Positions 1-13,206 of a stretch of DNA of 64,000 bases are shown piece by piece. This DNA is from Squalus acanthias (taxonomy: Eukaryota), in contig CM059425.1 in NCBI GenBank assembly GCA_030390025.1, positions 162,132,001-162,196,000 on the forward strand. Direction: 5' to 3'. How positions within the stretch are numbered: the stretch's first letter is position 1; every line of letters begins with the position of its first letter. A model generated the notes under the pieces. That model was not told where the DNA came from. It ran no database searches and was given only the letters and a program-made list of their open reading frames with translations. The position numbers and the translations under genes are program-made.

Positions 1-143
1 TTCCCCGTTTTCTCTCTACCACCTTTTTTAAATAGTGGGGTTACATTAGCTACCCTCCAATCCATGGGAACTGTTCCAGAGTCTATAGAATTTTGGAAGA
101 TGACCAGCAATGCATCTACTATTTCTAGGGCCACTTCCTTAAG
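1..143 (-). mobile_element. CR1 LINE ORF2 fragment
   Basis: Reverse translation LKEVALEIVDALLVIFQNSIDSGTVPMDWRVANVTPLFKKG is homologous to the intact CR1 ORF2 at 32757-35708. Confidence 0.85.
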
Positions 144-1324
144 TGTTCTCTGGTTTGTAGTGAGCACAGGGCTTGCATAGAAACCCTTGTTCCAGCATTT
201 AGTTTATTGGGTACAGCATGAGCCTTCTTGTGAGCACCTAGACTTTGGAAAGCAATAGAAAAAATGCTAACAGACTGTGGTTTAAGCTATAAACTACAGA
301 ATAGGTTTGATAAAATTCATCGTTAAGCAGTAGTAAAGACAATACAGCAGTCTGTATTATTTTTATAGAACTTTTAGCTCATGCTTCCTCATCAGTTACA
401 AAATAACAAAAGATGTGACATGTGGTAACACAATACAGCTTCCTGTGACTCGAACTTTATTGCATCACTTCCTGTGATTAGTCCAGGATAAATACTGGAC
501 TGATCAGTTGAATCCTGGAGAGGCATAGAGTAAGACCTCTTTTGTATGTAGCACCTTTTTAGTTGATTAAAGCTTACTTTAAGTTCACCACGCGTAAGGC
601 TCATTCTTACGACATGACACTTTGCTCACATGGAGATATATCCATACCATAACCTTTACGTGGGGTTTAGTTGGACCTGTGGGTCTCCAGCATGTCTAAA
701 GATTTGGGCAGAAACAAAGGAAAACAAAATGTATCTCTCTCAAGATCAAAGAAATCTTGCGAATAAACATATTTAAAGAAAAATGGTTGCTGAATCCATG
801 TAATAGGTGTCAGATCAAGACCATGTGACATCTCACTGCAAATTCCTTTAGTCTTAATGGACTAACCACAGAAAAAAGCTAGTCATTATGCCGAATTCTC
901 AATTGAAGAAAATATATTCTTAAACATTTTACAAACAAAATTGATGTTCATGGAAAGAATGTCCTGGCTATTCAGTTGAATACAAAAGCCATGTATATCA
1001 TCTGCAGTATCTTATGTGTTTACAACTGACTGATAGCAACCAAAATTTGAAGTAACTGCCAGTTTCCTATGTATAGATATTAAATTATGTAGAACTACTT
1101 AGGAGAATTGAGATTGAAACTATCTATTTTTCTTAGTAAGGGAAAATAGCAAACCAAATTTAAAAAACATTAACATTGATTATCTCACTCCTGTTTCACT
1201 TCCCAGGTTTTCTTTCAGCTTCCTCTCTTGTTTCTTCCTTCCACAGAAGGAGGCTATTTGCCCATCATGCCTGTAGATGATGGAAGTAAAGAGAGAATAA
1301 AGAAGGAAAACTGAATAAGGAAAG

Positions 1325-1520
1325 AGTCTTTTGCGTCCACCTGAGAGGGCAGACGTAGCCTCGGTTTAACATCTCATCCAAAAGACGGCACCATCGACAC
1401 TGCAGCACTCCCTCAATACTACAAAGAATTGTCAACCTGGAATATGTGTTCAAGTCCGGAGTGGGACTTGAACCCACAACCTTCTGACTCAGCCAAGAGT
1501 GCCACTGAGCCAAGGTTGAC
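1325..1520 (-). mobile_element. tRNA-headed DeuSINE (SacSINE1-like), 5' part
   Basis: A box TGGCTCAGTGG, B box GGTTCAAGTCC, then GATGAGATGTTAAACCGAGG..CTCAGGTGGACG shared with the copy at 27740. Confidence 0.75.
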
Positions 1521-1631
1521 AATGTATTGAGCTTTCATTTAAATAAAGAAAGAAATATGTAACTATCTGCACAACCACTAAACATATTAAAGTACTTTCT
1601 ATCAAAGTAAATAGCAATGGATTTCACTGAC

Positions 1632-2301
1632 CCACAGACTGTACTGCTCCCTTTTGTTTGTTTAAGCTTTTGTTTGTCTTCGCCGAATGCAGCACATTTT
1701 TCCTTAGCTGTTGCTCACAAAGCTTTTCAATCACAATGTAGAGTTCTTCTGCAATATTCTGTAGGTATGCATCATTAATAAACTTCAGTACTTTTGAATC
1801 ATCCACAAGTGTACGTAAAGCATACAAATCTTGTCTCATCATAGTACAAACCACAGGAATCATGTTTTCAAACCCATGAGCTACTTTGTCAAAACTGATC
1901 TCATCGGTGTTGGTCAAGACATTATTCTGCAGCAGATCTTGCACAGATTTGCACTGGATATTTTGATATTTGGTTAGAACTTCAGTTTCCGGGTACAAAA
2001 ATAGAAGCCGCTGAAGACTCTGTGTTTTGATTTGAATATTTGGAAGCACATTATTTATTTCTTGACAATTTTGAAGTTTATCCACTAGGAACCTACGAAG
2101 ATGTAACCTCACGTCATCCCACACAGACAGGGCATCAAGAGAGTCATTGTCCTCAACGGCATGAACTGAAGTAGTTGAAGGAACATGAAATGAAGCTCCA
2201 CATGAATTCAATGGAAACACAACACCACACTCAGCAGAGAGATCCAGGAGTAGCTGCATGATCATTTCTTCTGGGCCTTTTTCTCTCTTTAGAAAGTGAA
2301 G
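1632..2301 (-). CDS. KIAA0825: KIAA0825 orthologue, third coding exon (670 nt); gene continues beyond window start
   Basis: Acceptor tactacaag|CTT. Reads LHFLKREKGPEEM...WDDVRLHLRRFLV...LLFLYPETEVLTKYQNIQ, matching recalled KIAA0825 WDDIRLHLRRFLV and LLFLYPESEV motifs. Donor G|GTCAGT, phase 1. Confidence 0.93.
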
Positions 2302-4392
2302 CTTGTAGTAAAGAAAACACGAGACAAGAATAAATAATCATGGATAACAACAGAAATGACATCAGCTGTAACCAGTTACTGTTTGTTCTTGACAGGTATA
2401 AATAATGATATCTGTATCAGGAACCAGAGCTTCACAGTACAAGATAGATATTGCACCTCAGGCAACTTTAAGAATATTATTGCGTGCAATGGGAATACCA
2501 CTTTATTCACTGGTTTCAAAAACCTTGTCCAGCTATAAATCTGCAGCTGAATTAGAGCAGAAGGCCACGAGCAAATTTTGTATTATTTACTCATATGATA
2601 CTTTGAAATAAAACTCCCACTACTTGACCTTGAAGGTGTCTTGCACTGCAGAGCAGGAAATTCACATAAGGGACTTAATTTCTTTTGTGCGCTATTTTTT
2701 CATACATTTCTGACTGCGCTGCCTAAATGCAGTCATTAACCCATTTACTTCATGTTTTAAAAAAAATCTTTGTTTTCTCACCTCTTTTGGGCAACCATCT
2801 TTCCCTTTTGCCCCTGGTCCTCCTGTATACAAGACACTGCTGAGACAATTAACAGGCAGTGTAGCTCCAGGCTCCAGAATTGCTGCTTTGAACCAATGTG
2901 CATGAACACAATCTTAGTTGAGTCTCTCACTCATTTTTCTTCCCTCTCTATAGGGAAATGCCTGGCTTCTGCTCAGTGTCACCACAATAGAATGGCAAGG
3001 ATAGGCAACATAGTGCATTGAGGAATCATGAGGACGCCATGATTCCCATTTCAATTCAGTAGCCCAATATGCAAAGCGCATGCGGATGTGTATGCTGGGC
3101 AAGGAGAACATTAAGTTTAGTTGTGATGGTCCTTATTAGATGAGTAGCCTGCTTGCGCTCAATGTGCAGGCTTATATATAAAGAATGTCCATTTGGGCGA
3201 GGTATCAGAAGGCTACGAGCACCTATGAAACTGTGCTGGGGTATGAGTCAGTTTCTCTGGTTTGCCCACCACCACCACCATGAACGAGTAACTTTCATAT
3301 AGACGTTGCTAAACAAGACTTCAGTGCTGTGGAAGAGCAGAGGGAGTTGGGTGTACTTGGACTACTAAAGCTCCAATATGGCGGGCAGGAAGCGTGTGCA
3401 CATTTCTGATCGGAAGTGCAATGCTCGCCATATTGGGTAAGGATAAATAAGAAATGTTTTTACCCACGCCTGAAGCACATGTTAGGCCCTTTGCATATGC
3501 AAATAAGGTGCCCAATGCCTGTTTGAAGTCCCTTCTACAGAATAGCCAGCATGGGCTGCATTCAGGAAGCCAGCATGGGCTGCATTCAGGAAGCTTACCT
3601 GAATATCAGCACTCTTGCTCCTCCCGACCACCAATCACCGCCAAGCCCAACCCCCAATCGCGGAACCCCAAGGTGAACTAGACCCCTAGATGCCCAAAAA
3701 TGATTGAGGCCCAATTTCTAGGTCATTATGTATGGGAAATGATAGTGCAGGTCGATGGGGAAAGAGCGGGAGAGTGGGACTAATTGGATAGCTCTTTCAA
3801 AGAGCCAGCACAGGCACGATGGGCTGAATAGCCTCCTTCTATGCTGTAAGAATCTATGAAGTAGCCATTACGGAGAGCTGCCTACAAGCTGGGCATGACT
3901 GGTAGCGAAATATTCCAGGTAATAGAATCGTTAGAAAGAACATGGAAATTGGGAAACGAGCAGGAATAGGAATATTTTATATGTGATTTTTGTTAAACCA
4001 GGTTTAACTTATTTTTCATTATTTTACAGCGTTTTGCTGCTACCTCTAACTCACAAACTGATGCTGCAGTATCTCTCTGTCCGCCTACCTACCCAGCACA
4101 CTATTTAAAACTTAATCAAAACTCCATAAAAGCAGGGTAGATTAGTCATTCAACATAATGGTCCTTTCTGGCATATTGCAACACCAACTAATCGAATAAC
4201 AACTTTTGAAAGTAATAAAACATAATTACAATAATCATTACACCGTAGCAATTTAAAGATGTGTTGCATATGAATGCTGAGGTCCTTCCCCCAAGTCTGA
4301 ATATAACAATTTTGCAAATCAAGTCAAAAATAACTTTCTATCAAACTTTTCCACTATTTCACTGCATTTAAAAAGAAATACATTTTATTTAC

Positions 4393-4561
4393 CAGCGCTT
4401 TAAGAAAGTCTGTCAACTGGTCACATGGAGTGGTGAATGGTTTGACAGAGGAAATACTGGAACTGCTTAACCACTGCAGGCAGTCACCAGTATTCTCCAA
4501 TTTCTCTCCTATGCACAGTTTACTCAGGTCTGACTGCAGCTCCCTCATAGTCTGCTCAATG
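4393..4561 (-). CDS. KIAA0825: KIAA0825 orthologue, second coding exon (169 nt)
   Basis: Acceptor ttgtctttcag|C completes the TG+C Cys codon from the previous exon. Reads IEQTMRELQSDLSK...TGDCLQWL...LTDFLKAL. Donor CTG|GTAAAT. 131+169=300 nt, phase 0. Confidence 0.9.
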
Positions 4562-4789
4562 CTGAAAGACAAGAATGGGGAAATATAAGAAACAAATCAA
4601 ATAATATACAATCAAACATTTTTTATACAGCAAGAGACTATATCAAGGCAATAACAGCTTAAATATAGACATCTTAGACAGGCAATAATAAAGTGAATTT
4701 TGCTTTAATCTTCCCTCTTTTCACAAAATAAGTACAGATGAGGGAAGCCATTTGTCTTATTAAGCTTTTATAGAGACCTACGATTACCC

Positions 4790-5575
4790 CACCACTATAT
4801 CCAAACCCTCTTGAATAATTCTAATGTTGTAAACTTCACTATTCTCCTGGGAAGGCCATTCCAGATATCTGTTAAGTTTTGTATTTTAAAAAGTGCCTCC
4901 TTTCACATGTCTTTTACGGACTTGTACTTGTCTGCATCCCTGGTTTAACTTGAAATAGTATTTCGGATTAAACTTTTCTATTCGACTTATCATCTTGTAT
5001 AGCTCCATGACATCCCTTTTCATTTGCCTCCTTTCAAGGTTCCAGAATCTGGGCACAGAAATCAGTGAGAATGCTAACCTGGTATAAGTGCCAGGGTATC
5101 TGGGGTCAGGGAGAGGTTCTCTAATTTGCACATAACTTGCAGGCGCCCACATGACTATGGGTGCATCTCAGATGACTGCCAAACCGCGTGGTGGGGGAGC
5201 AGATAATGAAGTGTTGGGCAGGCACTTGTTGCTCTTCTAGCATCGCAGCTCCATTGGCAATTTTTTAAGGATCTATTCGCCCCTCATCCCATCCCACAAT
5301 TGGTATTTTGTCTTTGGGGGTCTACAGCAGGATTCCTCTCCTCTAGCCAGTTCAACACCATTCATGGAGTAAAGGTGCCTCCCATTCTTTGCTCCAATGT
5401 GTAATACCTGCATTTATCCCAGTTAATTTCAACTAGCATAGTTTTGTCCACTTGTAAATTTTGTTGTGGTCTGTTTGTAGCTCTCAGATTAGCTCAGCAA
5501 ATGCTCAGATGTGAGTACCTCATCTGCAAACTTATTCAAATTGAACTGCATTCTTACAATTACATTTCATAATTT
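4790..5575 (-). mobile_element. Degenerate CR1-like 3' fragments
   Basis: Reverse translation LERRQMKRDVMELYKMI and KFADE..KC motifs of late CR1 ORF2. Interrupted at about 5050-5270. Confidence 0.55.
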
Positions 5576-6913
5576 TCCCAAATTGGGTCTCCCTGTATAC
5601 TATCCAAGGACACCAAGGCAGATGGATAAGCAACTGGCGGTCACCTACCAGACCTCTGTCAATGGTAGTTTAAAACTGGGCACCAGGAAATGTGCAAATG
5701 TGGCTCAAGCAACTCTTTTTCCTTCCCCTGCTGTAGCAAAATGCTTAGAAGCATTCTGTTTGATGCTTCCTGAACTGATATGGTTCAGGTCAGAAATTAA
5801 ATCACAAGGTTCAAGTTCCACAGTACTACCACTGAACCGTAATTAGCATTCTTTGAAGCATATTGATTGGCAGTACAGAGATGCACTGAATAAAGAACTT
5901 AGAAACCTGATATTACAATAAGAATAAAAGCCTACAAGATAATTGGAGCAGGTTTTTAAATGACCTGAGAATGAATTCCCGAGATTCCTGTAAATATTTT
6001 CAAAACTTAGAAATAATCTTCAAGGCTCTGAAATAACAACTGCTTACCATGTTCATCTGAAATCCTCTGCTAATTTAAAAGAGGCACTAACATAATTAAA
6101 ATAAATTGATTAACAGAGAGGGTTGATGAGAGTAATGTGGTTGATGTGTATATGGACTTCAAAAGAAGTTTAATATAGTACCACATAATAAACATGTTAG
6201 CAAAATTGAAGCCCATGGGATTAAAGGGAGAGTGGCTGCATGGATGCAACATTGGCTAAGGGACAGAAAGCAGAGAGTAGTGGTAACAGATTGTTTTTCC
6301 AGAAGTATACAGTGGTGTCCCCCAGGGGTTGGTATTAGGACCACTGCTCTTTTTGATAAATATATTAATGATCTGAACTTGGATAGACAGGGCATAATTT
6401 CAAAGTTTGCAGATGACACAAAACTCTGAAATGTTGTAAACAATGACTTCCGGAGGACATAGACAGACTGGTGAAATGAGAAGACACATAGCAGATGAAA
6501 TTTAACAGAGAAGTGAGAAGTGATTCATTTTGATAGGAAGAATGAGGAAAAGCAATATAAACTAAATGGTACAAAAGCAAACCGACTTGGCAAACCGACC
6601 TCTACCTAACCGAGGCTGAATGGCAACTCTCTGACACCTCCTCCTACCTCCCCCTGGACCATGACCCCACTACCGAACATCAAGCCATCGTTTCCAAGAC
6701 TGTCAATGACCTCATCTCCTCTGGAGATCTTCCCCCCACGGCCGCCAACCTCATAGTTCCCCAACCCCGCACAGCCCGCTTCTACCTCCTTCCCAAGATC
6801 CACAAACAGGACTGCCCTGGTAGACCCATCATTTCAGCCTGTTCTTGCCCCACGGAACTTATCTCTTCCTATCTTGACTCTATTTTTTCTCCCCTTGTCC
6901 AGTCTCTTCCCAC

Positions 6914-7479
6914 TGTGGAAGTGCGGTATACTTTTAAGACACAAACAAAATGGCCTCTCCAAGAAAGTAATTTAAAAAGGGAATTCAAAATGGCCGACAG
7001 TAGGAGTCACCATAAGTAAATCATTCTAATTAGCTACAAGAATAGAGACAACTCGGAATTCCTTATCTAAGAAAAGCTTAGCAAAATAAGGCATCAATTA
7101 GTTCTAACCAGCTCAGGATGAGATAAGGTAAGCCATCAACCCACAGATTAGAGAATGAACATTGAACAAAGGGGTCTCATAAGGAAGGTCTGGTTATCTG
7201 ATTTTTAAGGAATTTCTGCTCGTTATTATAACAAAAACCTATGCAATAACTCACAAGTTTGTGCATCATTAAATAGGATGTTTAATGATGTGTCATATGG
7301 CCTGTTCTGTGTACTTTTTGTATAAAGTATGTTCAAATCTTGTAAGATTCGAAGCATTCTGACATAGCAACTTGACTGTGTCAGAACCTTCCCTTGTAAC
7401 AAGTAAACTTTATTAAAAAGCCTTCTTTGACACGATTCTTTGTTTAAATTAGTTCTACTCGATATGTAAAACTTCGACA
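6914..7479 (+). repeat. ERV 5' LTR
   Basis: TGTGGAAG...CTTCGACA imperfect inverted ends, TATAAA at 7321, AGTAAA/ATTAAA at 7402-7417, two AAAATGGCC YY1-like motifs in U3. Confidence 0.95.
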
Positions 7480-7485
7480 GTTTCT

Positions 7486-7503
7486 TGGAGGTCCCACCGA
7501 GAT
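7486..7503 (+). promoter_or_regulatory. Primer binding site complementary to tRNA-Gln 3' end
   Basis: TGGAGGTCCCACCGAGAT is the reverse complement of vertebrate tRNA-Gln 3' end ATCTCGGTGGGACCTCCA. It starts 6 nt after the LTR. Candidate major splice donor G|GTAAGT at 7520. Confidence 0.88.
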
Positions 7504-10500
7504 CGCTTGCTACCTCTCGGTAAGTCACAGACAAAGGACACTATGAATTTCTAGTGACAAATCCTAACTGGCCAAAAGTGATGTTTTATCACCTAAAAGG
7601 ATTTCTCACTAGATACTGAATTGGTGTAAGTCTGTTTCTTCCGACAGCAGCACGGCGATGATCTGTTTTAGAATTGAGTTGAATCTTGTAACTTTTGCTT
7701 CTTTTATTTTAACGTTAAAAGAAGAATTCTGACGGCTCAAGTCTCAAAACTAATCGGGCAAAGAAGGCAAGAAAGAGAGTCGGCAGGGTTGCGTCCCGGA
7801 CTAAAGGTACCAGGTTGTGAAAAAGCGCTAAAAGGTTAAAACTGCAGTATCAAGGGTGGGTCCCTTGAGCCGGAGAAAAGAGTCTCGCGGCAGAAAGGTT
7901 TAGAGAGAAACCTTCACTTAGAATATAAGTTACTTATAAAGCATAAGTTAAATGTTAAGGACTCAGTTTGTAGGGGCGTTCAACGCAGGCTGAGAATTGA
8001 CTATTTGTTTAGTTTAAAGTATAAGATTAATGTCTGATTACTTGATTTGTTTGCCTGTTTGGGCTTTTGCGTTACTTATCATTGTCTTTATTATTGTTAA
8101 TTCTTGTTATTGTTTGTCACTTGTGGAGCTCCGAAGGGTTAATAATAATCGTAAGGGGGTAAAGGGTGAAACTTGCGATTTAGAAGAAGAATGCCTAGTA
8201 TAATTAAAACTTTACTAAGAATAGAAGAATTACATGTCTAGAGGACTGTCTCGCAAATAGAGACCCACAAAGAAGAGGTAAAAAGTCAATAAATTGGTCA
8301 GCCTTTTCAGACTGGAAAAAGGAAGCAGAAAGGCGTAAGGACCGTAGTATACAAGCCAGTAGATCTGACATTAAAAAAATAAGAGAAAAGACCCTGTGAG
8401 TAAATTGGCTAAACAAAATGAAGTTAGACAAATAGGGACCAAAAGAATAAAGTTTCCCTCTTAATGGAGCAAGCAGCTTCCGCAACACCGACGGACCAGA
8501 ATTGAAATCTGAAACTCAAAGCAAAAAAAAAAAGGGATTTGGAAAGCCAGGAAAAGCTGCTGAGAAAAGTTTTACCGGCATGGAAGTTATTAATGTCTGT
8601 GCCGAGATAAAAAGCTAATATACAAGATTTGTTGAGTGAAAGGAATCTTAAAAGGAATACTGGGATCTCAGTTGTGTGAAAAGTGTGAAAAAAATTCCTG
8701 ATTGTGTGAATGTTTAAGTTTGTTAAGTTACAGTATTATTTTGTCCCTAAAAAAAAAAATCTGCCAAAAAAAAAGGTGTCTGTCAGTTTGTTTATGTTTT
8801 AGCTCCACCCACTCTTTTGTACAGAGAGCTAAAAGCTGTTTTTAACTCTTTGAAGACCTGTCTTGAATGACAGACAAGTGTGTTGTTTTAAGTTTGTTAA
8901 TTGTTTTACAAAAGAGGTATAAGCTTCAGCCTTGAAGTCACAGTTGCCAATGTGCCTGGAAAGAAAATGAAAATTAATTTGAATGTTTACAAGGCATGGT
9001 AATTGTTTCTTTGTTAATGTGACGATGGGTTCTTTCTTTTCCAACTGACACTGGTTAGTTTAAAAAAAAATTGATCTGGATTGAATTGGAATTATTGAGG
9101 TTAATTAACCTATTAAAAACCAGACTTTCATTGTGCACGGTGAAATTCTGGTTGGTGTAAATTTGTGTAGACCGCATTGAATAAGATATTTAATGGTCTG
9201 AAACCAGATTTTGAAATATGTACAGTCTTGGATACAGAACGGGTTCTGGTCCATACCATTGGCAGAGGAATCACAAGGAAATTCGCCTTTACTGTCAGGG
9301 ATAGACAGGAATTTTATATCAGACTTTGCAGGGAAAGCATTGTGCCAGAGAAAAAAATAATAATAATTTGAATTACAATTTAAGTTAAGCTGGTGTGTAA
9401 AAAACTGAGAAGAACAAAAAAAAAAAAAGTTTGTTTAACAAAAGATTAAGTTTCGGTCTAAGATTTAACCTTGGAGTTGCGGTTGCTATGGTGAAATCTT
9501 CCAAAGCACTCTGATTTGATTTGTTTAAATTCAATGTTTTTACAGTATTTTGGAAAGACATCTGAAGAAAGGACAATAAGAAATATGATGTAATTTACTA
9601 GTTCTGCAAGCATGTGCTATTTTGTTTTGTTTTATCTGTTCTGTTCGTGTTCAGTTAAAGTGTGAAAACACAACTGCTTTTTTGGATCGGGAAAGTTTTT
9701 TTTTAATTTACATGACGCAATTGCGTGCGCCTGATAATGTTTCGCTCCACCTTCTTAAAAACCTGCAAAGGAGTTAACCCTTTCCACTGACAGCTGATTA
9801 AGTTCATCAAGCAATAACTTCAGTATGACATTTAAAGATATTGGACATTATCAATTTTAAGTTAATATTTCCCCACAGTGACAGAAGGAAAATTATGATT
9901 TGATAAATTAACCCCTTGGGCTCTAAGCAGAGTCACAATGGATTCTCTTCTTTCTTTTGTTATATGGAAGTTACCTTGTAAACTAATTGCAGCACTTCTG
10001 TCTCTAATGTTAAAACACTGTATAAACCACCTAGCCTGGAAATCATTTGTTTCTGAAATTGGAAATGGAAGATAAATTGATAGAAATGAAATTGAATATA
10101 GGTTTTGTCAATCAGTTCAACAGTACTGCTGTTTGGATTTTGGGATAATTTTGTAATAACAAAATAGACTCAGGCACTAGATATATTTTGGGTTACTTTT
10201 GGGAAAATAAAAGATCCTCTAAAATAATGATAAATAAAAAGTGTTAGTAACTTGGACCTAGTGAGAATGTTTGTTCTATGTTTTCAATCTTAAATATTGT
10301 ACTGGACAGTAAAGTTACTCCAGGGCTCATGAATGAGATATGAATGGTAATTAATGGGATGTATAAAATTGAAACAGGAGAAATTACACTGCTGAATGGG
10401 AATTTTAAAAACTTGCTAGTGAAAGTCAGGAAAGTGCAGTTAAGAATAGTAAATTGATAGCTTTCTCTTGGAGACATTTGTGTCCCTGCCTATAATGAAC

Positions 10501-11484
10501 TTTTAAGAAAACTGAATTTGATAGCCTGGCCACTATCCAAGATATCGGGACCATGCAGAGGAAGATGAACAAAGACAGTCTTTTGATAAGATACCTGAAA
10601 GCCCGAGAAAGGCACATGTGGCATGATATTGAGATACCGGTATGAGTGTGCAAATGTGATTTGTTACGTATGAAGCGATTACCATCTGGGAATGTATGGT
10701 GAATCTGCACTGAAGAACGGGTCTCAGACATGCTCAGTTACTGGACAACAGCAAGACATGAAATGGTTAATGTGGCTCAGGAGAGCGAGACAACTTTTAA
10801 AGCATTGACACATACTCCATCGAGAAACTATCTAATTAATGAAACAATCAGAATAGAGTTAAACACACTGGTACCTGTTAGAAGGATTGAAATTGAAGTT
10901 GAAGTGGAGAGTTACCTGGAATCTGAATTGGGACAATTGAGGGCTAAGGAGAAATCATGTTTCGTAAGAATTATCCACAAGATGGATATGAGAAAAAGAG
11001 AGATCTGGAGAATCTTTTAAGTCCATGATTTGTTGATTAGATGTTAAACTGTAATGTTGCTTGAAATCAGGAAGATAGAAGAAACAGAGGATACCCCAGG
11101 CGGGGCAGAATTGGAACACCGGAATGGACTATTAGAAGGGAGAAATCTTCAAGACTCCCTACTAACTAACGCCCAAGTTGAGAGAGAGCAATAAGAACTA
11201 GCTAGATTAGCCAAGAGCCGATTGTGAGAAGTCAATAAGGGTTATTTCCTTCTCAAAGAAGGGAATTGTAAGAAATAGCTGTTAGATTCAAGGTTGGGTT
11301 TTAATTCTTAGAACAGAAACTGACAACATGCAGCCAGGAATAGATAGCAGAAATGCCAGCAAGGTTGAATATCAAGCATCAAAAGACAAATAGAAGTGAT
11401 AAGGGAATCGTAAAATGCAAAACAACACAGGGTGGGGGGTAATAGACAAGAAAAAAAAAATTAAATTTTGAAGGACTTATACTG

Positions 11485-12225
11485 TTGGTAATCATAGATA
11501 TGTTTTCAAGATGGGTTGAAGCTTTTCCATGTAAAAAGAATGATGCTGTAACAGTTGCGAAGTGTTTGCTAAAAGAAATCATACCAAGGTTTGGAATACC
11601 TATGCAACTTTCATGCGACAACGGATCACATTTTACTGGAATGATCATAAAGGAACTATGTAAAGCCTTGCAGATTAATCAGCATTTTCACTGCAGTTAT
11701 CATCCACAATCTGCAGGGCTGGTAGAAAGATATAACGGAGTACTGAAGAATAAACTTTCTAAACTTTGCAATGAAACTGGACTAAAATGGGTTGAACTGT
11801 TACCCTTAGCATTGATGATAATGCGAGCAGCAACTAACAGGACAACTGGACTGTCGCCACATGAGATTGTTATGGGACGACCCCAAAGGCTGCCATTCTC
11901 AGCATCCTTTACGGTTAAACAAATGGACATTCATAAAATGGATGAAAATATGCTAAACTATTGCATTGCATTAACTAGATGTATTTCCAGCTTTCACCAA
12001 CAGGTAAAGGAAGCTCAAACGGAACCGGCCGAAGGAAAGTGCCATAATTTGGAACCAGGGGATGACGTCTACATAAAGGTCTTTAAGAGGAAGAACGGTC
12101 TGCAGCCACGCTTTGAAGGGCCATATCAAGTACTCTTGACAACAAATACAGCTGTAAAGGTCAAGGAAAGACCTACTTGGATCCACGCATCCCATTGCAA
12201 GAAAGTATCAGATAAGGACAGTTGA
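11485..12225 (+). pseudogene. Retroviral integrase, C-terminal two-thirds (open frame)
   Basis: [56 protein letters not shown]. No HHCC zinc finger or first catalytic Asp upstream. Confidence 0.92.
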
Positions 12226-12250
12226 ATTTGAATTTGAAAAGACTTAAATA

Positions 12251-12850
12251 ATGAAGCTGTTATTTACGTTTTACCTACTAATCGGACTGATATGTATAGC
12301 CTGCCAAGGGAGAAGAAAAGAAACCCGAAAGAAACGAGAATTACATATGAACACCTTTTTGTATATGTCATATAAGTATGCCAAAAAAAAAATGGGATAA
12401 ACGCCTGTTGGGTATGTAGCCATATTCCTACCCATGTGAAAGGAGGAATACCTCTGCGACCGATACCCTTGAACCTCACAGATATGGCAGAATGGATAAT
12501 TAATAAAAATCATACGAAACAGAAAAATACCACCCTATCCACCTTCGGAAATAAATTTTAAGGGATGGTACAAGCCGACGTATGATTATACGAAAGTACC
12601 TCCTTTTCTAGCCCTTACCAATACATCGGGAAAGGGCTGACCGATCGGGGATATATGCTGGGAACGCGATCTAGGATAGACTGAAGGGAACAGAGTTAAT
12701 ATGGGGAAAAGTCGTTGCATACAAAAGTTTATTACGTACGGGGCAGGAAGTTCCATGGAAAGCTGGTGGTTCAATACTACCAGTTTGATGAATTTGACTA
12801 ATAACAGACCATGGAATGGGACTAAACGATTGAATACTGACAATATACAT
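12251..12850 (+). pseudogene. Truncated env (signal peptide + SU N-terminus)
   Basis: MKLLFTFYLLIGLICIACQG signal peptide. Frameshift in the A10 run at 12383-12392, then NACWVCSHIP (CXXC of gamma-type SU). In-frame stops at ~12638 and ~12677. No TM region found. Confidence 0.8.
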
Positions 12851-13031
12851 ATATATATATATATATATACACACATTTTGCATGCTCCCCACTTTCGGTA
12901 AAAATATTCTTCCACCCAAATGGGATCTACAGGCTAGGGAAAGAGAGAGGACTCCTTTCAACTGCCGGTGACGTCGACCTTGTATACCACTTGGTTCGCA
13001 CTCTGGAGGCTCACGTAGAAACACTTGTGCT

Positions 13032-13206
13032 TTGGAGAACCCCACAGCTGTAGTTCCTTTGGAGAACCCCACAGGTTAGGTATAAACTGTGTGGGTCATG
13101 AATCAGTCCTCCTCTATAAGCTGCAGTCCCCTAGGAGAACCCCACAGGTTAGGCATAAACTGTGTGGGTCATGACTTAGAACTCCTCTATGAACTGCTGT
13201 ACCCTA
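13032..13206 (+). repeat. ~73-bp direct repeats in ERV 3' region
   Basis: ggagaaccccacaggttaggYataaactgtgtgggtcatga at 13061 and 13134, plus a partial copy at 13033. Confidence 0.85.

Noticed and set aside
392..720. Possible next KIAA0825 exon
   Set aside because: Two candidate acceptors tested in phase 1 gave early stops and no recognisable similarity.
2960..3260. Old SINE-like repeat related to 55320-55590 (inverted)
   Set aside because: Mutual similarity is visible, but it is too diverged to name or bound.
3544..3594. 24-bp perfect tandem duplication
   Set aside because: Ordinary local duplication with no evidence of function.
12844..12869. (TA)n microsatellite in the ERV
   Set aside because: Common simple repeat; it only marks where env similarity ends.
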